Made by a program: the position numbers and the translations under genes. The notes beneath the pieces are model-generated. The model made no database searches, was not told where the DNA came from, and saw only the letters and a program-made list of their open reading frames with translations. From Promethearchaeota archaeon (GTDB lineage: Archaea; Asgardarchaeota; Lokiarchaeia; Sigyniarchaeales; SOKP01), in NCBI GenBank assembly GCA_019057865.1, contig JAHLWP010000001.1, positions 160,001 to 224,000 of the forward strand: 64,000 nucleotides of DNA, in the 5' to 3' direction. Positions 59,974-64,000 of the stretch are shown piece by piece. The first letter of the stretch is position 1. Every line of letters begins with the position of its first letter.

Positions 59974-61332
59974 TTATTCCTCTTTTTTTAATTTGTGAAT
60001 AGTTTCTTTTGCCTTTTCTGCAATCACATGAGTTTCTTTCTTAACAAATTCTTCTGTTTTTTGTCCTACTCTTCCAAGTTGAACCATAATCCATTCAGGA
60101 GAACCCACTCCATTAAAATACTCCATCCATATATACATCATTAAACCAAGAAATCCACAATAAACAATCCCCACAATAGGGAAAAATATTATCGAAAATT
60201 GTCCAATATACAAGGGAAGAAACAGAAATTGAATTAAAAATAGTGATAAACTAACTTTCCCATAATAGATAATCATTTTTATGAATTGATTAGATTTATT
60301 CTTTATATCAATGAAATAAAAACTCACTGCAATGATGAGAAGTGCAGCACCAAGATTATAAAACATATTTGACATTGTATTTCTTACCATGAAATCTGGC
60401 ATTCCAAGAAAGTGATAATAATCCTGTTGATTTGCAATTCTTAATAAATCTAAATGTAAATATTCTGATAATTCTAATGTTTCTGGAGTTTGTAATCTCC
60501 AACCAAGTATGAACCCTGTTATTACTAGAATAATCCCACAATATGAAAATATACGAAATAAATGATAATACGCTTCTTTTGTTCCTTTAATCATTGCATC
60601 ATATAAATATTCACCAAATACTGTAGAAATAAAACAAATTGCTAGCCAAGGAAGAAATGGTACTTGAGGAAGAGGTGAAGTTATTAAAAAATGTAAGATC
60701 CAAAAACCGACATTAGTATCTTTATTATCAAAGATAAATTGTCTAATGATAGGTGAAATAATTATAATTATAATACCAATCACTACACGAGGAATTTTCT
60801 TAATCTTTAGCACATAATAAGAAAAAATTTGTGAGAAGCCTATGAACACAAGAAAATTCCAGCCCCAAAAATTCATTGGAAAGGGAACAGATTCACCAGC
60901 AGTATATAAAGACATTGGATTAAAAAGCATACCTATTATAATGATAATAACTCCACGGGTTAAAATGCGATTACGTATAATTTTAGATGATAATTTGCCC
61001 TTCTTTCGTTTAATGCTGAAGATAACGCTAAGAGCAGAAAGGAAAACGAATAAGGAGGGACCCAATATATCTAAAAAAGTAAAAAGAAGACCATATAAAT
61101 ACCTCCAATCATCATCAAACCATGCAAGTGCAGAATGTGCTAAAATTATAAAACATATAGCAAAACCCTTAACGAAGTCAATTGAAGAAATTCTTCTTGG
61201 TGAAGAAACATCCCTAATATCTTCGATAGGAATCTCTTCTTTTAAATATTCCACTAGTGGTGGTGTTTCTACGCTTTGAACTTTTTCGTTTGTAGATGAC
61301 ATTATGATTATCCTATTATAATTAAAACTCAA
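59974..61332 (-). CDS. Membrane acyltransferase-like protein (DUF1624/HGSNAT-like)
   Basis: RISSIDFVKGFAI.FIILAH, LFVFLS; multi-TM. Confidence 0.75.
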   Translation of the reverse strand: MSFNYNRIIIMSSTNEKVQSVETPPLVEYLKEEIPIEDIRDVSSPRRISSIDFVKGFAICFIILAHSALAWFDDDWRYLYGLLFTFLDILGPSLFVFLSALSVIFSIKRKKGKLSSKIIRNRILTRGVIIIIIGMLFNPMSLYTAGESVPFPMNFWGWNFLVFIGFSQIFSYYVLKIKKIPRVVIGIIIIIISPIIRQFIFDNKDTNVGFWILHFLITSPLPQVPFLPWLAICFISTVFGEYLYDAMIKGTKEAYYHLFRIFSYCGIILVITGFILGWRLQTPETLELSEYLHLDLLRIANQQDYYHFLGMPDFMVRNTMSNMFYNLGAALLIIAVSFYFIDIKNKSNQFIKMIIYYGKVSLSLFLIQFLFLPLYIGQFSIIFFPIVGIVYCGFLGLMMYIWMEYFNGVGSPEWIMVQLGRVGQKTEEFVKKETHVIAEKAKETIHKLKKEE

Positions 61333-61380
61333 TTAAATAAAGATTAAAAAGAATTAAGAAGATATTATTTTAATTCTTTA

Positions 61381-62655
61381 TTATTGTTGCTTATAAAAAA
61401 TAATTAGCGAAAAATAAAGTAGAAGTAATAAAATTAAACCACATAAATTGAATGGAAAAAATTCATAGGTAAGGTAAAAGATACCCCATGATATTACAAC
61501 TAATATAGCCAAGAAATGATGAACAAATCTAATTATATTATAAAATTTAAAATTCTTATTAATTAAGGTAAAAATAACTAAGAATGGTGTTAATACAATT
61601 AGATGATGGGGCCATGAATCAAAATAAACAATTAATGTAATGCTTATTCCTATTAAATATCCATCAATTAATCTATTTGTCTGATTAGATGAAAGAATAA
61701 AATAATATAATATTGGAACCAAAAATAAAAAAATTATAATTATAAAAAGGAAAAAATTACTAATATTTAATTCCGTCAATTGAAAGAGAGTTATAAGATT
61801 TCTTGTAAGACTAAAAGATGCGTTGATATCTAATGTTCCTATAGTTGTGGCATATTTTCCGGTAAAATTAACATCCATAAAACCTTCTAACAATTTAGGA
61901 GAAATTAAAAAATAAATACTAGAGATAAACAGTAGAATGATTGTACCAAAAAGTCTAATAAAAGCAATTTTAAAATGAAAAACAAATTCCTTAGTATCTT
62001 TTGAGTAGTATAAAGGTATTAAAAAGGGAATTAGGAGAAGGAGTGTAGGTTTTATTAAGATTCCTAACCCTAGCATTAAGCCACCAAAAAAATTGTTTTT
62101 ATTTCCATTTTTTAAAAAACAGAAAACAGAATACAAGATAAAAAAAGAAACTAAAGTATTGATTTGCCCTAAAAAATAATTCATAAATTGAGGAAGCATT
62201 ATCAATAATACAGAAAAATGATAGAGAACAGATTCATTCTCAGGTTTATTAAACGCATCCCTAAACTCCCTTAAGTCATAAGGTAGTTTATTATCATTGT
62301 TTAATCTTGGATATGATTGGATGATTTTATAAATAAGATAAATGATAGCAATGTTTAAAATGAAACTGAATATTTGAAAAATGATGTATCCTAATTCTAA
62401 GCCTAACATAGAGAAAGGAGTAAAAATATAAGCAGAGAGAGGAAAATACCTGAATGGAAAAAGATATTGTGAAATATCGTATAAATTTGATATATCTGTT
62501 ATTATAATCCGACCAGCTTTATAATAAGTTAAGAAATCGTTATTGTTTTTATTCATCAACGGATTATCTAAGAAAAAAAAGAAAAACAAAGATGTAAATA
62601 GGTATAAAAGATTTACAAAGAATGCAAAAATAAAAAAGAGTTTGGTTTTTCTCAT
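61381..62655 (-). CDS. GT-C membrane glycosyltransferase (GT87/DUF2029-like)
   Basis: DFLTYY.AG, FRYFP, GQIN, LIKP, WPHH. Confidence 0.8.
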   Translation of the reverse strand: MRKTKLFFIFAFFVNLLYLFTSLFFFFFLDNPLMNKNNNDFLTYYKAGRIIITDISNLYDISQYLFPFRYFPLSAYIFTPFSMLGLELGYIIFQIFSFILNIAIIYLIYKIIQSYPRLNNDNKLPYDLREFRDAFNKPENESVLYHFSVLLIMLPQFMNYFLGQINTLVSFFILYSVFCFLKNGNKNNFFGGLMLGLGILIKPTLLLLIPFLIPLYYSKDTKEFVFHFKIAFIRLFGTIILLFISSIYFLISPKLLEGFMDVNFTGKYATTIGTLDINASFSLTRNLITLFQLTELNISNFFLFIIIIFLFLVPILYYFILSSNQTNRLIDGYLIGISITLIVYFDSWPHHLIVLTPFLVIFTLINKNFKFYNIIRFVHHFLAILVVISWGIFYLTYEFFPFNLCGLILLLLLYFSLIIFYKQQ

Positions 62656-62679
62656 TTAAAACGTCATTTTAATTTATTA

Positions 62680-64000
62680 TTAATTTTCTTTGTCTTTGCT
62701 TAACTTTTTCATAAAATCTTCCATCTTTTTGACTCTTTCGCGCTTTTTGATTCTAGCATATACTTTTTTAGTAGTTTTCTTAACTGCTTCTCCTGATTTC
62801 TGTCCAATTCTCCCAAGTTGCACCATAAGATATTCAGGTGAACCCACTCCATTGGCATATTCCATCCAAATATACATTAAAATTCCTAAAAATCCTACAT
62901 ATGAAAGACCAATAATAAGATATAGCGCTACTCCAAATCGATCAATAAAAAGGGGTATAAATAAAAAATGTAATAGAAATAGGCTTAAGGAGACTTTACC
63001 ATAATATATTAATACATTAGTGAAATCGTTTGATTTCTTCTTAATATCAAGAAAATAAAAAAATATAGCAATTATAGTCAATGCAGCACCTTGGTTATAA
63101 AACATATTAGCACTGGTTCCTCTTATCAGAAATAATGGCATTCCAAGAATTTCAAAAAAATCTTGGTTATTAGCGACTTCTAATAAATGTAAATGAGGAT
63201 ATTCAGCGATCCCTCCTACAATAGTATCAGCAGTCATTAATTCAAAACCAAAATTGGGAAGTGGTGCAAAAATTCCTATTATGATGAAGGCAATACCCCA
63301 AACTAAAAATATTCGGAATAGTCCTATATAAGCATCATCTGTTCCTTTATTCATTGCTTCAAAAATATATTCGCCAAAAATGGTAGAAATAAAACATATT
63401 GAAATCCATGGGACGAGTGTTAAATGAGGAGTGGGTGAAGTTATAATATAATGAAAGAAACTTATTAATATATTTCCCGCTTCTTTACCTTCATAAAGAA
63501 ATGCTCGAATATAAGGTGAACTAATAATAATTAATAAACCAATTACTATACGCCACTTCTTTTTAAGTTTTAATATATAGAAGGAAAATATTTGAGTGAA
63601 TCCTATAAATGTAATAATATTCCAACCAAATATAATTACCACAGCTTCTCCTGTTTCTGGATCAATACCTACTAAATTAGTAATCATTCCAATAATTATC
63701 ATTACTATTCCTCGTGTAAAAATACGATTTCGGATTATCTTATTCGGTAAGACACCTTCTTTTCTTTTAATACTAAATATTACACTAAGTGCAGAGAGAA
63801 ACACAAACAATGAGGGTCCAAGAATATCTAAAAAAGCAAATAAGAGTCCATAAATGTATCTAGATTCAGAATCAAGCCATCCTTGAGAAGTGTGTGCCAA
63901 AATTACAAAAATTATCGCAAATCCTTTAAGAAAATCTATAGAAGTTATACGTCTTGGAGAGGCATAATCTCTTATATCCTCAAGGGGAATCTCTTGCTGT
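62680..64000 (-). CDS. Membrane acyltransferase-like protein (DUF1624/HGSNAT-like), paralogue of 59974-61332; start lies beyond the window edge
   Basis: Frame stays open past 63900: EIPLEDIRDYASPRRITSIDFLKGFAIIFVILAH. Confidence 0.75.
   Translation of the reverse strand, partial: QQEIPLEDIRDYASPRRITSIDFLKGFAIIFVILAHTSQGWLDSESRYIYGLLFAFLDILGPSLFVFLSALSVIFSIKRKEGVLPNKIIRNRIFTRGIVMIIIGMITNLVGIDPETGEAVVIIFGWNIITFIGFTQIFSFYILKLKKKWRIVIGLLIIISSPYIRAFLYEGKEAGNILISFFHYIITSPTPHLTLVPWISICFISTIFGEYIFEAMNKGTDDAYIGLFRIFLVWGIAFIIIGIFAPLPNFGFELMTADTIVGGIAEYPHLHLLEVANNQDFFEILGMPLFLIRGTSANMFYNQGAALTIIAIFFYFLDIKKKSNDFTNVLIYYGKVSLSLFLLHFLFIPLFIDRFGVALYLIIGLSYVGFLGILMYIWMEYANGVGSPEYLMVQLGRIGQKSGEAVKKTTKKVYARIKKRERVKKMEDFMKKLSKDKEN

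Noticed and set aside
259-63853. Numerous short ORFs overlapping larger genes (e.g. 4441-4809, 30039-30395, 40479-40838, 60842-61279)
   Set aside because: They are antisense or off-frame shadows of well-supported genes and show no recognisable motifs.

Overview
AT-rich archaeal chromosomal segment, most likely an Asgard archaeon of the Lokiarchaeia type. This is inferred from an archaeal histone, proteasome beta subunit, Rps8e, SRP19, SepRS, archaeal ThrRS/GluRS, a Rab-like small GTPase and longin-like proteins. It holds about 55 CDSs (housekeeping, redox, hydrolases, membrane proteins), one apparently intact IS with 33-bp terminal inverted repeats, a free-standing LAGLIDADG ORF, two genes broken by single in-frame stops, and two tRNA genes (Pro-GGG, Arg-GCG) that each carry two bulge-helix-bulge (BHB) introns. 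Main finding: the FAD-dependent oxidoreductase gene at 1983-3502 is interrupted by a 32-nt insertion (2109-2140) that folds into a canonical BHB motif. Cutting at the standard positions in the two bulges removes a stop codon and exactly restores the reading frame. This points to a tRNA-endonuclease-spliced mRNA intron in a metabolic gene. Product names come from motif recognition by eye; no database searches were run.
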